Shown here: piece after piece, positions 37,906 to 48,158 of the stretch
Position numbering within the stretch: position 1 is the first letter of the stretch
How the letters are laid out: every line of letters starts with the position of its first letter
From: a virus
Lineage: Duplodnaviria > Caudoviricetes
Strand: one strand, 5' to 3'
DNA: 64,000 nucleotides
Virus record (IMG/VR): IMGVR_UViG_3300028048_000039
Location: 96,001 to 160,000 of that record
Notes under the pieces: generated by a model
What the model was told of the DNA's origin: nothing
The model's input: only the letters and a program-made list of their open reading frames with translations
The model's database searches: none
Program-made: the position numbers and the translations under genes

Positions 37906-38178
37906 ATGAAAGAAGAAATTAAACCATTTGAAAATTGCAAATTTGCTGATGGCGAGATTTGCGTTGATACAGTAAGTGTGCAATACACACAGAATGGAGA
38001 CTGCACAGAATCAGAAGATGATGCACAGGAAATAACCATTTCTTCAAGGAATAACGGAATGGCGAGATTTATAAACATCAAGACGGGAGAAAACGGCTGG
38101 TCCATTGATGACATTTCCAGTTTAGCAAAGATTATTGATGATTTTAAAAAGAGAGCAGATATAAAAGATGAAAAATAA
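37906..38178 (+). CDS. Hypothetical protein
   Basis: In-operon ORF. Confidence 0.55.
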   Translation: MKEEIKPFENCKFADGEICVDTVSVQYTQNGDCTESEDDAQEITISSRNNGMARFINIKTGENGWSIDDISSLAKIIDDFKKRADIKDEK

Positions 38179-38953
38179 TATGAAATATTTGATTATAGGG
38201 GACGTCCATGGACGTGATTTTTGGAGAGAGCCCGTTAAAGAAACACTAAATAATAGTGATTTTGAAATAATTTTTTTGGGCGACTTTTTGGATTGTTACC
38301 CATTTGAATGGGACAAAGGGTTTGATTATGAAACCCATGCCCTTGAAAATTTTAAAGAGATAATTCAACTCAAGAAAGACAACCCAGACAGGATAATTCT
38401 TCTTCTAGGAAATCATGATTGTACATATGCTATCGGTACTCACATTTGTGATTGTCGTAGGGATAAAGCTCACTATGAGGAAATTGCAAATCTTTTTAAG
38501 AACAACAGAAATCTTCTCCAACTAGCAAAGGAAGACACCATCAACGGAAAGCATTTTATCTTTAGTCACGCTGGTATCCTGAAGGGTTGGGTAGAAAGAG
38601 TTTTTGGTGATGAAATGAACGAGGATGGCTTCAATGTGGTAAATGAACTAAACAAAGCGTGGGAGACAGACCACTACGGTATTTTGAACGCACTCGGTAT
38701 CTACGATAGTTTTCGTGGTTGGGGCGGTGGAAGATATGGCTCACCAGTATGGGCTGATATAAGAAGCTGGGCCGACAAGAGAGAGGGTGATACCTATGGT
38801 TATAACATTGTAGGGCATACTTATCTTAGGCAGGATGCTGTTGTGCTTCCAGTAATTGCTTGTCTTGATAGCCAGAAGGCATTTTACTTGGATGATGAAG
38901 GAAACATCAGGAAATACGATGATAATAAAATAATTGACATACCAAAAATTTAG
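38168..38953 (+). CDS. Metallophosphoesterase
   Basis: IGDVHG, LGDFLD, LGNHD, SHAG, VGHT. Confidence 0.88.
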   Translation: MKNNMKYLIIGDVHGRDFWREPVKETLNNSDFEIIFLGDFLDCYPFEWDKGFDYETHALENFKEIIQLKKDNPDRIILLLGNHDCTYAIGTHICDCRRDKAHYEEIANLFKNNRNLLQLAKEDTINGKHFIFSHAGILKGWVERVFGDEMNEDGFNVVNELNKAWETDHYGILNALGIYDSFRGWGGGRYGSPVWADIRSWADKREGDTYGYNIVGHTYLRQDAVVLPVIACLDSQKAFYLDDEGNIRKYDDNKIIDIPKI

Positions 38954-38958
38954 TTTTT

Positions 38959-39912
38959 ATGTTTAACAACGGATTAGAAGAATTTGTACAGGAGAGTTCA
39001 ATGGACTCAAGGAAAGCAGACAGCGACTTAATCATTAAGACTGCATCACAGTGGTCCGATATGGACGGAAGAATAATTACGGTATCCAATACAATGCCGA
39101 GACTTGAAAGGGGATATTACTCTATCAATATAAGCAATGATATTGGAATGTACTTTGAGAAGCAGAAGGTGGAACTGAATAAACTTTACCGCCTTCCGAA
39201 TATTGCAACTGACATCATTATGAATGACATTTCAAAGTTTTGGACTCTTGAAGAAACTTACAAGAAGTATCAGCGTGTCTTTAGAAGAAACTATCTTCTC
39301 TATTCTGCGCCAGGCACAGGAAAGACTTCGCTTATAAACCTTATGTGTCAGGAACTTATAGAGAAGTATGATGGGCTTGTATTTTCTTTAAGCACGGCAA
39401 CAGATATTCAACTTTTCCCCGATGCAATCAGAAGGATAAGGAAGATTGAGCCAGACAGAAAGATTATTGCAATCATTGAGGACATTGATACTTTCACTAA
39501 GGAGAGCAGTAGTCTTAATACTCTTCTCCTTAATATCCTTGACGGAAACTTGAAGTTGAGTGGAATCGTTACCATTGCCACGACAAACCATATTGAATAT
39601 CTTGAAGCAAGATACACCAATCGTCCGTCACGATTTGACAGGGTGGTTGAGTTCCCGCTTCCAAATGCCGAGAGCAGAAGGATGTTCATTGAGAAGACAG
39701 TTCTTCCTGATGACCTCAAGAAGATTAACCTTGACGAGTGGGTTGAGAAGACAGAAGGATTTACTATTGACCACATTAACGAACTGATACTCTTGTTCTT
39801 TGTGTTTGGGCATACTGAAGAAGAATCATTCGATACATTGTATGGAATGACAAAGACCAAGGGCGCTCTCAAGAATAAGACGAGTGTGTCAGCAAGCAGT
39901 ATCGGCTTCTAA
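38959..39912 (+). CDS. AAA+ ATPase
   Basis: SAPGTGKT, IIEDID, LLNILDG, ATTN, RPSRFD. Confidence 0.9.
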   Translation: MFNNGLEEFVQESSMDSRKADSDLIIKTASQWSDMDGRIITVSNTMPRLERGYYSINISNDIGMYFEKQKVELNKLYRLPNIATDIIMNDISKFWTLEETYKKYQRVFRRNYLLYSAPGTGKTSLINLMCQELIEKYDGLVFSLSTATDIQLFPDAIRRIRKIEPDRKIIAIIEDIDTFTKESSSLNTLLLNILDGNLKLSGIVTIATTNHIEYLEARYTNRPSRFDRVVEFPLPNAESRRMFIEKTVLPDDLKKINLDEWVEKTEGFTIDHINELILLFFVFGHTEEESFDTLYGMTKTKGALKNKTSVSASSIGF

Positions 39913-39942
39913 GAAATGGTATTTTATACCGAAATTCAGTAA

Positions 39943-39985
39943 ATCAGGTTGGAAAAATCGCAAAAACTTCCAACCTGATTTTGTT
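39943..39985 (+). terminator. Rho-independent terminator
   Basis: ATCAGGTTGGAA...TTCCAACCTGAT plus Ts; related copy at about 62870. Confidence 0.75.
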
Positions 39986-40028
39986 TTTTTTTCTTTAAAT
40001 ATTACTATTTATGGAAAAAATAATTCTA

Positions 40029-41180
40029 ATGGCAAGAGCAAAGGTTAAATTAAGGTATACATTTGACACGAATAAGGTGCCTGAACCTGATATCATGGAA
40101 TTTGGAGAAATATACATCAATGCCAATTCAGGAACAGGAGCCTCTTTTCTCAGTGTAAAAAAAGAAAACAATACTATTGCTCAGTTTATGGAAAAAGATT
40201 ATGCTGATTCACAATATGCAGATAAATCTTTAGTTAATACCATTAATTTTAACTATATTAGTGGTGCTGTTATGAGCACAACTGCAGTTGTTCCAAGCGT
40301 GTCTAATAACATACTGACAATACCAACAATTGATTCAAGTGAGATTGATAATAAAATTAACACTTCATTATCACAACTTGACGGTAATGCGACAATAGCA
40401 AGCAAAAACGGAAAAACAGTAACTTTAAAGGCTTCTGTTTCTGAGACTGATGGTATAATATCCAATGGAACGCAAACGGACATTGTTCTTTCTGACGTAG
40501 CATCTACCGGTGAAGCATCTGATGTATCAGCAACATACCAAGATGCCACAGAAGACGTACAGAGTGTTATAACAAGTATTGACCATAGGGTAAAGACATT
40601 AGAGACTAATTCTACATTAAATACAATTGTTTGCGCAGCAAATGCATCAGAAATACCTGCAGGGGCAGTTTATAATGATGGTACAACAACAATCACTGGT
40701 ACCTTGGCTGCTTCACAGACAACGATGGGCGACATATATCTTGTTAAGAACGCTAATACCTATTATGAGTATATTACCACAAGAACAGGCCAAGAAGGTT
40801 CATATAATTATTCTTGGATAAATCTTGGTTCAACTTCAGTTGACTTATCTGGTTATATCAATAGTATTATAGTAAATGGGAAAACTTATACTGCAACAGG
40901 TAATGGAAATAGTGTAACATTGGATGATGTGCTAACAAATGTTGTAGGAGAAACTGAAGTTGCAAATGGAAATGCCGATTTTGTATCCGTAACGGCTACC
41001 AATGGGACAGCATCTTCAGGAAGTAAATCTTCAACGCTTCTTTCCAAAGTAAAAATACAAAGTGTTAGTGGAGCAACTTCTACTAATAATGGCCTTGCAT
41101 CATCTAATGACATTAGGGAATATGTTCAGGCGAATCTCACGACAATAAAAACTTGGACAGAATCTGATATAACAAATTAG
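40029..41180 (+). CDS. Putative tail-fibre-associated structural protein
   Basis: FGEIYIN; IYLV...YYEYI...WINLGSTSVDLSGY; T/S/N-rich; late motif at 40003 overlaps ATG 40011. Confidence 0.6.
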   Translation: MARAKVKLRYTFDTNKVPEPDIMEFGEIYINANSGTGASFLSVKKENNTIAQFMEKDYADSQYADKSLVNTINFNYISGAVMSTTAVVPSVSNNILTIPTIDSSEIDNKINTSLSQLDGNATIASKNGKTVTLKASVSETDGIISNGTQTDIVLSDVASTGEASDVSATYQDATEDVQSVITSIDHRVKTLETNSTLNTIVCAANASEIPAGAVYNDGTTTITGTLAASQTTMGDIYLVKNANTYYEYITTRTGQEGSYNYSWINLGSTSVDLSGYINSIIVNGKTYTATGNGNSVTLDDVLTNVVGETEVANGNADFVSVTATNGTASSGSKSSTLLSKVKIQSVSGATSTNNGLASSNDIREYVQANLTTIKTWTESDITN

Positions 41181-41194
41181 AAAATAGTAAAGAA

Positions 41195-41509
41195 ATGAGT
41201 TTATATTTAGGACATACAAAAATAAAACAAATTTTCGCAGTATTCAATGATGGGGTTGACACTGATGTAACTGAATCCAATATCAGGGACGGTGTTAGAA
41301 TACTTGGTGTGGTCGGAAAGTTTACAGCAGACGGCACACAAACACCAGGAAATGATATTGCAACATCTTCTGATATAGTAGAAGGAAAATCTGCATGGTG
41401 TGACGGTGCTGAGGTGCAAGGTAATCTTATTGTACAACATTTCTACACGGGAAGTGACACTCCTGATTCTTCAATTGGTAATAATGGAGATATATTTTTA
41501 AAAGTTTAG
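41195..41509 (+). CDS. Small tail-fibre-like protein
   Basis: SNIRDGVRILGVVG, ATSSDIVEGKSAW, GSDTPDSSIGNNGDIFL. Confidence 0.55.
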   Translation: MSLYLGHTKIKQIFAVFNDGVDTDVTESNIRDGVRILGVVGKFTADGTQTPGNDIATSSDIVEGKSAWCDGAEVQGNLIVQHFYTGSDTPDSSIGNNGDIFLKV

Positions 41510-41516
41510 TTAAGCT

Positions 41517-42236
41517 ATGATAAAAGACATTAAAAAAGCAATAGAAGCGGAAAAAAGATATCTTGTTGAAAAGATGAACGGAACTCAACCAAATATCTAT
41601 GATTATTTGGTTCCTTGTGGGTATGATAATCTTATTGAGTTTAATGCAGATAAAAAGGTTTATCTTTTAAAACAAATGAACCTTCCAATGGAACGAATTT
41701 TCATCACAAAGGAAAGTCTTGCAAGATGGGTAATACGTGCTACAGAGGGAAAAAGTTTCTTTGCTTCATCCGATACAGAAGATAGTTCATTGGGTACAGT
41801 CGCCATCGTAGGAAAGACGTTTGATGATGAAGAAAGATTTCTTGCTCATGGTGTTTATCCTGTTATATTTGATTACTTTAAAGGATGTATTATTACTGGT
41901 ATTAAAGATTTTAATTTTTGTTTTTGTGTTCCACGTAATTTGAATATAGAGACAACTGATGTGCTGTCATGGCTTAAGGCCTTTATTGAAAAAAAGAATG
42001 ATAATGTTGAAATAGACGGCAATGACATTTTGATTGACGGTAAGAAAGTTGTTGGAATGACAGGTATTAAAAACGACACGATGACATGCTACATTGTACA
42101 TGTTTCGCTTACTGATTATAATGATTTAATTTATGAACTTTGCCCGCCACATGGAGGAAAAGAACCAGGATATATTAAAAATATAACAAAGAAAGAATTT
42201 GAAGAAGAAGTACAATCATGGCTACAAAACAAGTAA
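41517..42236 (+). CDS. Lipoate/biotin-protein ligase (LplA/BPL)-like protein
   Basis: VEIDGNDILIDGKKVVG motif; degenerate GG-equivalent KGCII. Confidence 0.55.
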   Translation: MIKDIKKAIEAEKRYLVEKMNGTQPNIYDYLVPCGYDNLIEFNADKKVYLLKQMNLPMERIFITKESLARWVIRATEGKSFFASSDTEDSSLGTVAIVGKTFDDEERFLAHGVYPVIFDYFKGCIITGIKDFNFCFCVPRNLNIETTDVLSWLKAFIEKKNDNVEIDGNDILIDGKKVVGMTGIKNDTMTCYIVHVSLTDYNDLIYELCPPHGGKEPGYIKNITKKEFEEEVQSWLQNK

Positions 42237-43336
42237 TATTATATCCAATAAGTGATGTAAATTTATCGCACACATGTTCTAATGGCAATGTGGGCTATAG
42301 CCTTATTAATGACCCAGCATCAACGCCTGATGACGGTTCTTCTTATATATACGCAAGTGTCGGCAGAGGAAGTTCTGAAAACACAACATCAACATTTAAA
42401 GTAAGCGAGTCAAGTATTGATAAAAAATTTGTTTTGTCCGCATTGACTACAACAGTAAGAGCAATGGTATCTAACACCAATTTAAGTGGCTCAGTTCGGA
42501 CTACACTCTCTATTAACGGCGGAACAACAGCAAGTAGTACTCGTTCTAGTAGAATGACTACAAGTTATGCAAACAGTACATATACCTTCACATCGGTTGT
42601 TGGATACAACATGGAGTATAACAACTTTGCCGATGCTAACATTGTTTTGGGGGTGAACTCGAATTCAGTAAATAAGGCTGACAAGGATAATACTTATCAG
42701 TTTCGTATCACACAGGCATATGTAACTGCTACATATATTCCAATACATACATGTAATGCTGTTAATGCGGAAGGATGCACGTCAGTATCGGTTTCTTCAA
42801 ATGAAGTACGAGATGGAAATACATGTACGTTTAATGCAACATTTCCGAATAATTACACCTTCATTGGATGGTACTCTGATTTTGAATGTACAAATCTTGT
42901 TTCAGAAAACGCATCATATACAGCGACAATTACGGGGGATACACAGTTATATGCAAGAGCGGCTATCACTTATGAAATGGTTGCTTATGGGGATGAATAT
43001 TGTACAGTAGAAATATATCCCCATCACGAAGAAATTGGAAAAACAGTAACAGCCACTTGTACTTTGAATGATGACATGAAAGAGTTTGTGGGATGGTATT
43101 CTAACCCTGAAAGGACAAATTTAGTCTCATTGGCAAACCCATATTCCTTTACTGTAACAGGAGCGACAACGTTATATGCTAAATGTCGTCCAAAATATCA
43201 GATGTATCTTAAAATTAACGGAGCGTGGGTGGAATGCTCTGAAGTATATAAGAAAGTAGATGGCGTTTGGGTACTGCAGACAGAATTAGAAGGCTTATTC
43301 GACACAACAAAAAATTATATTAAAAATGACGTTTAA
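42218..43336 (+). CDS. Structural/adhesin-like protein with two InlB B-repeat-like domains
   Basis: Two (Y/E)xF(I/V)GWYS....LVS...Y..T.TG.T.LYA repeats; C-terminal KINGAW/KVDGVW. Confidence 0.6.
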   Translation: MATKQVILYPISDVNLSHTCSNGNVGYSLINDPASTPDDGSSYIYASVGRGSSENTTSTFKVSESSIDKKFVLSALTTTVRAMVSNTNLSGSVRTTLSINGGTTASSTRSSRMTTSYANSTYTFTSVVGYNMEYNNFADANIVLGVNSNSVNKADKDNTYQFRITQAYVTATYIPIHTCNAVNAEGCTSVSVSSNEVRDGNTCTFNATFPNNYTFIGWYSDFECTNLVSENASYTATITGDTQLYARAAITYEMVAYGDEYCTVEIYPHHEEIGKTVTATCTLNDDMKEFVGWYSNPERTNLVSLANPYSFTVTGATTLYAKCRPKYQMYLKINGAWVECSEVYKKVDGVWVLQTELEGLFDTTKNYIKNDV

Positions 43337-43338
43337 TT

Positions 43339-44310
43339 ATGGATTCAATACAAACACCTTTAGTTATTAACAAATTGCAAAGTAAAGCAGTTTATGATTG
43401 GTTGGCGAGCCAAGGAATGGTTGGCGTGAATGAGTTATATCTGATTGAGCACGATGATAGCGAAGATGTAACAAGTGTAGAATATGACTCATCAAGAAAA
43501 GTAATAACATATACTGATGAAGGCGGAACCAAGACTGACGTGGTTAGTGTTGCTGCATTAAAAAATGCAATGCAGTTTGCAATTGTTGCATCCGATGGTT
43601 CTTATGACAGTCTTTCTGATAAGCCACAGATAAATGGAGTAACATTGTCGGGAAATAAAGCATCTTCAACATTAGGCATTAGTTATAATGACCTCTCAAA
43701 CCAACCGACAATACCAACAATAACATCTAACTATTCTTCCGAAGATACTGTTAATGGTATAAGTGGAAAGGGCGTTGCAACTGCATTGACTAATTATGTG
43801 CCGACATCAAGACAAGTGACTGGCAGTGGTGCTCTTAATGGTGGTGGCGCATTAAACAGTAATGTTATTATTACACATAAGGACGCCCCTACTGGTTTGT
43901 CACCTGCTGCAGTGAAAATTGCAACTGATAGATATGGCCATGTACAGATAGGTGGCGGTATTAGTGCAAATGACGTAAATGCCGTTTCGAATACTTATAC
44001 AGTTACTGCAACTGCATCTGAGATAGACGGCTCATATGGAAGTGTAATTATATTAGGGCAACAAAGCGAGACTATGGCATTTTCAACCCAACCGATAGAA
44101 GGAACTATTTTAAGAGTATATTGTGTAAATACAACAAACAACAATATTACGTTAACAATCCCGTCTAACCTTGCAACAAATGTCTATTCAAACGGGAGTA
44201 AATTATCTGCTAATGAAAATATTGCCATAGAGGGAAATAAATATAAAGAAATGCGAATTTCAAAATTTATGTATAACGGACAGGCTTATTTGTTTATCAA
44301 TCATAATTAA
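43339..44310 (+). CDS. Tail-fibre-like protein
   Basis: GSYDSLSDKPQING, YNDLSNQPTIP, VPTSRQV..GALNGGGAL, TDRYGHV. Confidence 0.6.
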   Translation: MDSIQTPLVINKLQSKAVYDWLASQGMVGVNELYLIEHDDSEDVTSVEYDSSRKVITYTDEGGTKTDVVSVAALKNAMQFAIVASDGSYDSLSDKPQINGVTLSGNKASSTLGISYNDLSNQPTIPTITSNYSSEDTVNGISGKGVATALTNYVPTSRQVTGSGALNGGGALNSNVIITHKDAPTGLSPAAVKIATDRYGHVQIGGGISANDVNAVSNTYTVTATASEIDGSYGSVIILGQQSETMAFSTQPIEGTILRVYCVNTTNNNITLTIPSNLATNVYSNGSKLSANENIAIEGNKYKEMRISKFMYNGQAYLFINHN

Positions 44311-44340
44311 AATAATTAAACAAACAGTATACTATATTAG

Positions 44341-44371
44341 AAGCCACAGATTTTTCTGTGGTTTTTTTTTT
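44341..44371 (+). terminator. Rho-independent terminator
   Basis: AAGCCACAGA-tttt-TCTGTGGTTTTT. Confidence 0.75.
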
Positions 44372-44412
44372 GCTTTTTTTCGAAAAAAAATGTATATTTG
44401 CAGAAAAAAGTT

Positions 44413-44709
44413 ATGGAATACATGTTAACTGGAAGTTTTATCTGCAACAGATGCAGAAATTTATGCAAAGGGCCATGTGACAAGCATATTCAGGAAGTGA
44501 TTGCAGGGAATATTACTGATGAGAATAAGGACTTGGTTGGAAGAAAACAAAGGATTATCTGTCTTGGAAAATGGTGCGACAATCCTTGCAGCGAACAGGA
44601 CCTTACACAATATGCCGATGTAGATTTAACGCCGTTTCTTAATCTCATAAAGTATCTTGGGAATAAGTGTAATGAGTTACTTGAAGAAAAGTATGCCAAT
44701 AAAACCTGA
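44413..44709 (+). CDS. Cys-rich hypothetical protein
   Basis: Start reset downstream of the promoter at 44393. Confidence 0.55.
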   Translation: MEYMLTGSFICNRCRNLCKGPCDKHIQEVIAGNITDENKDLVGRKQRIICLGKWCDNPCSEQDLTQYADVDLTPFLNLIKYLGNKCNELLEEKYANKT

Positions 44710-45010
44710 AAATAAGGCTCGTTATCCGAAGAACTGGAAAGAAATCAGAGCATCTATCTTGCAAAGAGCAAACAACAAGTGCGAGTTTTGCGGGATAGAG
44801 AACTATTCTATCAGAGAAAATGGAAGCAAAGTTGTGCTGACGATTGCTCATCTTGACCATACACCTGAGAACTGCGACCCAGAAAATCTTAGAGCATTAT
44901 GTCAGAAATGCCACAATACCTATGATGCAGAGCATAGAAAGGAGACGAGACGGAAAAGTCGTAATGTAGATGAGCCATTTGAAGCAGAAATAACTATTAG
45001 AAGTAAATAA
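44693..45010 (+). CDS. Small HNH endonuclease
   Basis: RYPKNW..IR...CEFCG...LTIAHLDH.PENC..ENLRALCQKCHN. Confidence 0.85.
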   Translation: MPIKPENKARYPKNWKEIRASILQRANNKCEFCGIENYSIRENGSKVVLTIAHLDHTPENCDPENLRALCQKCHNTYDAEHRKETRRKSRNVDEPFEAEITIRSK

Positions 45011-45011
45011 A

Positions 45012-45386
45012 ATGAAAACACGTACACTAAAATCTCTTTTTGATAAGGAAGACGATACTGCCTATGTCCTTGAAACACTCGAAGATTGGGATGAATATGA
45101 GAAATACCTTAATGATTTAGACCCAGACTATATCAAAAAGTACAATCCTAACTTCTATCAGTTCAAGGAAGATTTTAAGAAATATATTGGTAAAATTTGG
45201 CAAGATAGGTCACAGATAAGATATCTTTTCAACGGAGTTCCTGTCTATGTAGAGTATAGGATAATCGCTCTTGAAGATAATAATCCTTTTTTGGATTGGT
45301 ACTGGGTTGTTCAGAATGTGAATGACGACAAGGATACTAGACGCATTCTTGCCTTGCTGGATATAAAAGATGATATTAAGGAATAA
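45012..45386 (+). CDS. Hypothetical protein
   Basis: In-operon ORF. Confidence 0.55.
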   Translation: MKTRTLKSLFDKEDDTAYVLETLEDWDEYEKYLNDLDPDYIKKYNPNFYQFKEDFKKYIGKIWQDRSQIRYLFNGVPVYVEYRIIALEDNNPFLDWYWVVQNVNDDKDTRRILALLDIKDDIKE

Positions 45387-45388
45387 TT

Positions 45389-45805
45389 ATGACACAGGAA
45401 GATAAGCAATTATTACTCAAAGACCTTTGTGCAAGGTTGCCTTATAGGACTAAAATACATATTATAGGAGGAGGCGGAGAAGAAATAGATGCTGACTTAA
45501 CTACCTCTGCTATTGTCTATTTTGAGAGTTGGACTGTTCAACCATATCTCCGCCCAATGTCTTCTATGACTGAGAATGAACGGAAAGAGTTCATTAAATG
45601 TGCGGGGTATGAAATTGAAGAATCCGTCAATGGGAGACATCATGAATACTTTCTAAAAGACTTTTGTGGCACACCAGACAATCCATCTGTCAATGCAGAA
45701 GGGGTTGATTGGCTTAACTCCCATCATTTTGATTTTAGAGATTTAATTGAAAAAGGACTTGCACTGGAATTACCAAAAGATATGTATAAGGAGGAATGGT
45801 TATGA
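45389..45805 (+). CDS. Paralog family A (KQLLLKDLCARLPY...PYLRPMSSM...HFDFR.L), copy 1
   Basis: Homologous to the 54750 and 63355 genes. Confidence 0.7.
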   Translation: MTQEDKQLLLKDLCARLPYRTKIHIIGGGGEEIDADLTTSAIVYFESWTVQPYLRPMSSMTENERKEFIKCAGYEIEESVNGRHHEYFLKDFCGTPDNPSVNAEGVDWLNSHHFDFRDLIEKGLALELPKDMYKEEWL

Positions 45806-46122
45806 AATACATTAATGCAGATAAACTGAAAGTCGAGATAGAAAGACGAATGAATAAACATTGGGAAGAACTTCCAGATGCTGATTCGCCAGAAGACGAT
45901 TGGACACATAATGAACTATGTGAATTAGGCGCATACAAAGAGTTGGAACATATTGAGGATTTCATCGACTCTCTCCAGCAGGAGGGAAAAAGTGTTGCTG
46001 AAAGATTCGCAAGAATAGTTCGTGGGAATCTAATCGGAATAGACAAAGAGGTGCAACAAAAGTTTGAGCAACTTTATTTTGAAGTTACAGGAAATAAAAT
46101 GTATGGAGGGTACAATGACTAA
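45802..46122 (+). CDS. Modular family B (YI.A(D/E)..K...IDSLQQE), copy 1
   Basis: Shares N-module and QQE linker with 46115, 46720, 47169. Confidence 0.65.
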   Translation: MKYINADKLKVEIERRMNKHWEELPDADSPEDDWTHNELCELGAYKELEHIEDFIDSLQQEGKSVAERFARIVRGNLIGIDKEVQQKFEQLYFEVTGNKMYGGYND

Positions 46123-46717
46123 CTATATTGACACAGATAAACTGAAATCTATACTTAGAGAAAGGTATAACACCAACAAATTAGGGCAACATAGTCCTTT
46201 CCGACATGGGAAAGTCGAAGCATTGAAAGAGGTTATCGAACTTATCAACTCTCTCCAGCAGGAACAGCCAGAGCCATCAAATAATTTGGTAGATGTCGAT
46301 GCAGTGAGAGAAGACTTTATAACGGAAATCTATCGTGTACTTGATGCTGATTCTACAAACGATAGAGCGAATGCGATAATTGACGCATTTGATTCTTTGC
46401 CAACAGTTTCTCAGGAGCAGCCGGAGGCTGAGTTGTATAATAATGGCTGGATAGATTGCACAAAGCAAATGCCAAAAGAAACAAAACAATGGTCGGATAC
46501 AATGCAAGGACATAAAGAGTGGACTGAAAGTGATAGGGTTCTTGTGTGGGATTCAATGTATGGATGTGGAGTAGATGCTACAAAGAATGGTAAGTGGATA
46601 TCGGAACAGAGAAACGGTTATACTGGGCAAGTTGTTCATGGCATCATAGCCTGGAGACCAATACCAGAGTTTAATGAAGAACTTTTGTTTAATGAAAGAA
46701 AAGAGAAAAGAAAGTAA
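46115..46717 (+). CDS. Modular family B, copy 2, with a C-terminal DUF551-like domain
   Basis: WIDCTKQMP...VLVW...IAWRPIPE. Confidence 0.65.
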   Translation: MTNYIDTDKLKSILRERYNTNKLGQHSPFRHGKVEALKEVIELINSLQQEQPEPSNNLVDVDAVREDFITEIYRVLDADSTNDRANAIIDAFDSLPTVSQEQPEAELYNNGWIDCTKQMPKETKQWSDTMQGHKEWTESDRVLVWDSMYGCGVDATKNGKWISEQRNGYTGQVVHGIIAWRPIPEFNEELLFNERKEKRK

Positions 46718-46719
46718 CT

Positions 46720-47166
46720 ATGAAAATTGACACTATTGATGAGATTCGCACCGAGATTGAACGAAGATTCTCGGAGTACAACCATAACTCAAACCATCAT
46801 ATCCAAGCAGCAGAGTGTGCAAGTATTCTTGACTTCATCGACTTTCTCCAGCAGGAACAGCCAGAGGAAATATGTTCCAAATGCATCCATCATAGAAAAA
46901 ATGATGATTGTTATTATCCATATGGCGGAATGCAGAGGCGGATAAATGAAAATGGAGTATATGAATGTACAGGGTTTTGTGAGAAAGAACAGGAGCAGTC
47001 AGAAGTGGATTTGGAGAAGGAAATAGATATGTTTGTTGATGGGTGGAGTATTGACGAAGACCTTGGACTTGTAAATGATGAAGGTTGGTCTGTAACTGTT
47101 GGAGACATTAAAAAGGTCGCCCGTCACTTCTACGAACTTGGGCTTAAAGCAAGAAAGGGGGAATAA
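46720..47166 (+). CDS. Modular family B, copy 3
   Basis: QQEQPE linkers; EVDLEKE...ARHFYELG. Confidence 0.65.
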   Translation: MKIDTIDEIRTEIERRFSEYNHNSNHHIQAAECASILDFIDFLQQEQPEEICSKCIHHRKNDDCYYPYGGMQRRINENGVYECTGFCEKEQEQSEVDLEKEIDMFVDGWSIDEDLGLVNDEGWSVTVGDIKKVARHFYELGLKARKGE

Positions 47167-47168
47167 TT

Positions 47169-47564
47169 ATGGGATATATTGATGCAGAAGAACTGAAAGA
47201 AAGAGTAACAGAACTTATTGCAAGTACCAGACAAAAGGATTGGCCGATTGCAGAATATTACTTGAAAAGCGTAATTGACATTATAGATTCTCTCCATCAG
47301 GAGCAAACGGAGGTGGACTTGGAGAAGGAAGTTGAAAAATTTTGTCTTGAATATGATTCAAGAAAAGAAGTGTGGTTTGATATGACTCCAAGGGACAAGA
47401 AAATGTTGAGTATTCCAACATGGAGTAATTTTGCTGCAAATATCGCCCGTCACTTCTACGAACTTGGTAAAAAAGGAAATAAAGAACTAAATAAGAAATC
47501 TAAGGGTTCTAATGATTCCGATATGGGAAGCCCTTGGAGAAATCGCATAATAGAAGAATTGTGA
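47169..47564 (+). CDS. Modular family B, copy 4
   Basis: HQEQTEVDLEKE...ARHFYELG. Confidence 0.65.
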   Translation: MGYIDAEELKERVTELIASTRQKDWPIAEYYLKSVIDIIDSLHQEQTEVDLEKEVEKFCLEYDSRKEVWFDMTPRDKKMLSIPTWSNFAANIARHFYELGKKGNKELNKKSKGSNDSDMGSPWRNRIIEEL

Positions 47565-47566
47565 AT

Positions 47567-47959
47567 ATGAGTAAATTGAGAGAAAAAGTGGCGGGCTTGT
47601 TATTGAACCTCGCCAGGAAAGTTGATGACAAGACTGTTGAAAGTAAATGCACCTATCCTGCCGCACAGTTACATTTTCTGGACAGTCCACCAATCATAAC
47701 ATATGACAAGTATCATGTAGAGAAGATTCATGCCCAATATAAGATGAGTGATGCAGTATTAAATGCACATAGACATAATTTTAGCTATAATATTGATGAC
47801 ACAATAAGACGTGAACTTATTGATGAAATAAGCAAAATGATTTATGACAGTCATAAAGATGATGTGAAAGAAACATTACAAGCTGATAGTCCTTATAATC
47901 CATCTACATTATTTACATTGGATGTATATATTTGCAAACCACAGAAAAAAGAGAGGTAG
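47567..47959 (+). CDS. Hypothetical protein
   Basis: Likely start MSKLREK just after the upstream stop. Confidence 0.5.
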   Translation: MSKLREKVAGLLLNLARKVDDKTVESKCTYPAAQLHFLDSPPIITYDKYHVEKIHAQYKMSDAVLNAHRHNFSYNIDDTIRRELIDEISKMIYDSHKDDVKETLQADSPYNPSTLFTLDVYICKPQKKER

Positions 47960-47962
47960 GGT

Positions 47963-48145
47963 ATGATTTGGCTAATAATTTATTTAATCGGTGTATTAGT
48001 TGTATTGCTGATGTGTGGAAAATCAATAATTACAACACCTTTCAAGACTTGGGTCCCGAAATTAGTGGCAAAGATGATTTGCTTTATCTTACTTTCTTGG
48101 GTGTTCGTTACAATCTTTGCAATAAAAATGGCTTGGGAAAATTAA
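47963..48145 (+). CDS. Small two-TM membrane protein
   Basis: Hydrophobic 60-aa ORF without overlaps. Confidence 0.5.
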   Translation: MIWLIIYLIGVLVVLLMCGKSIITTPFKTWVPKLVAKMICFILLSWVFVTIFAIKMAWEN

Positions 48146-48158
48146 AAGGAGGAAGTAA

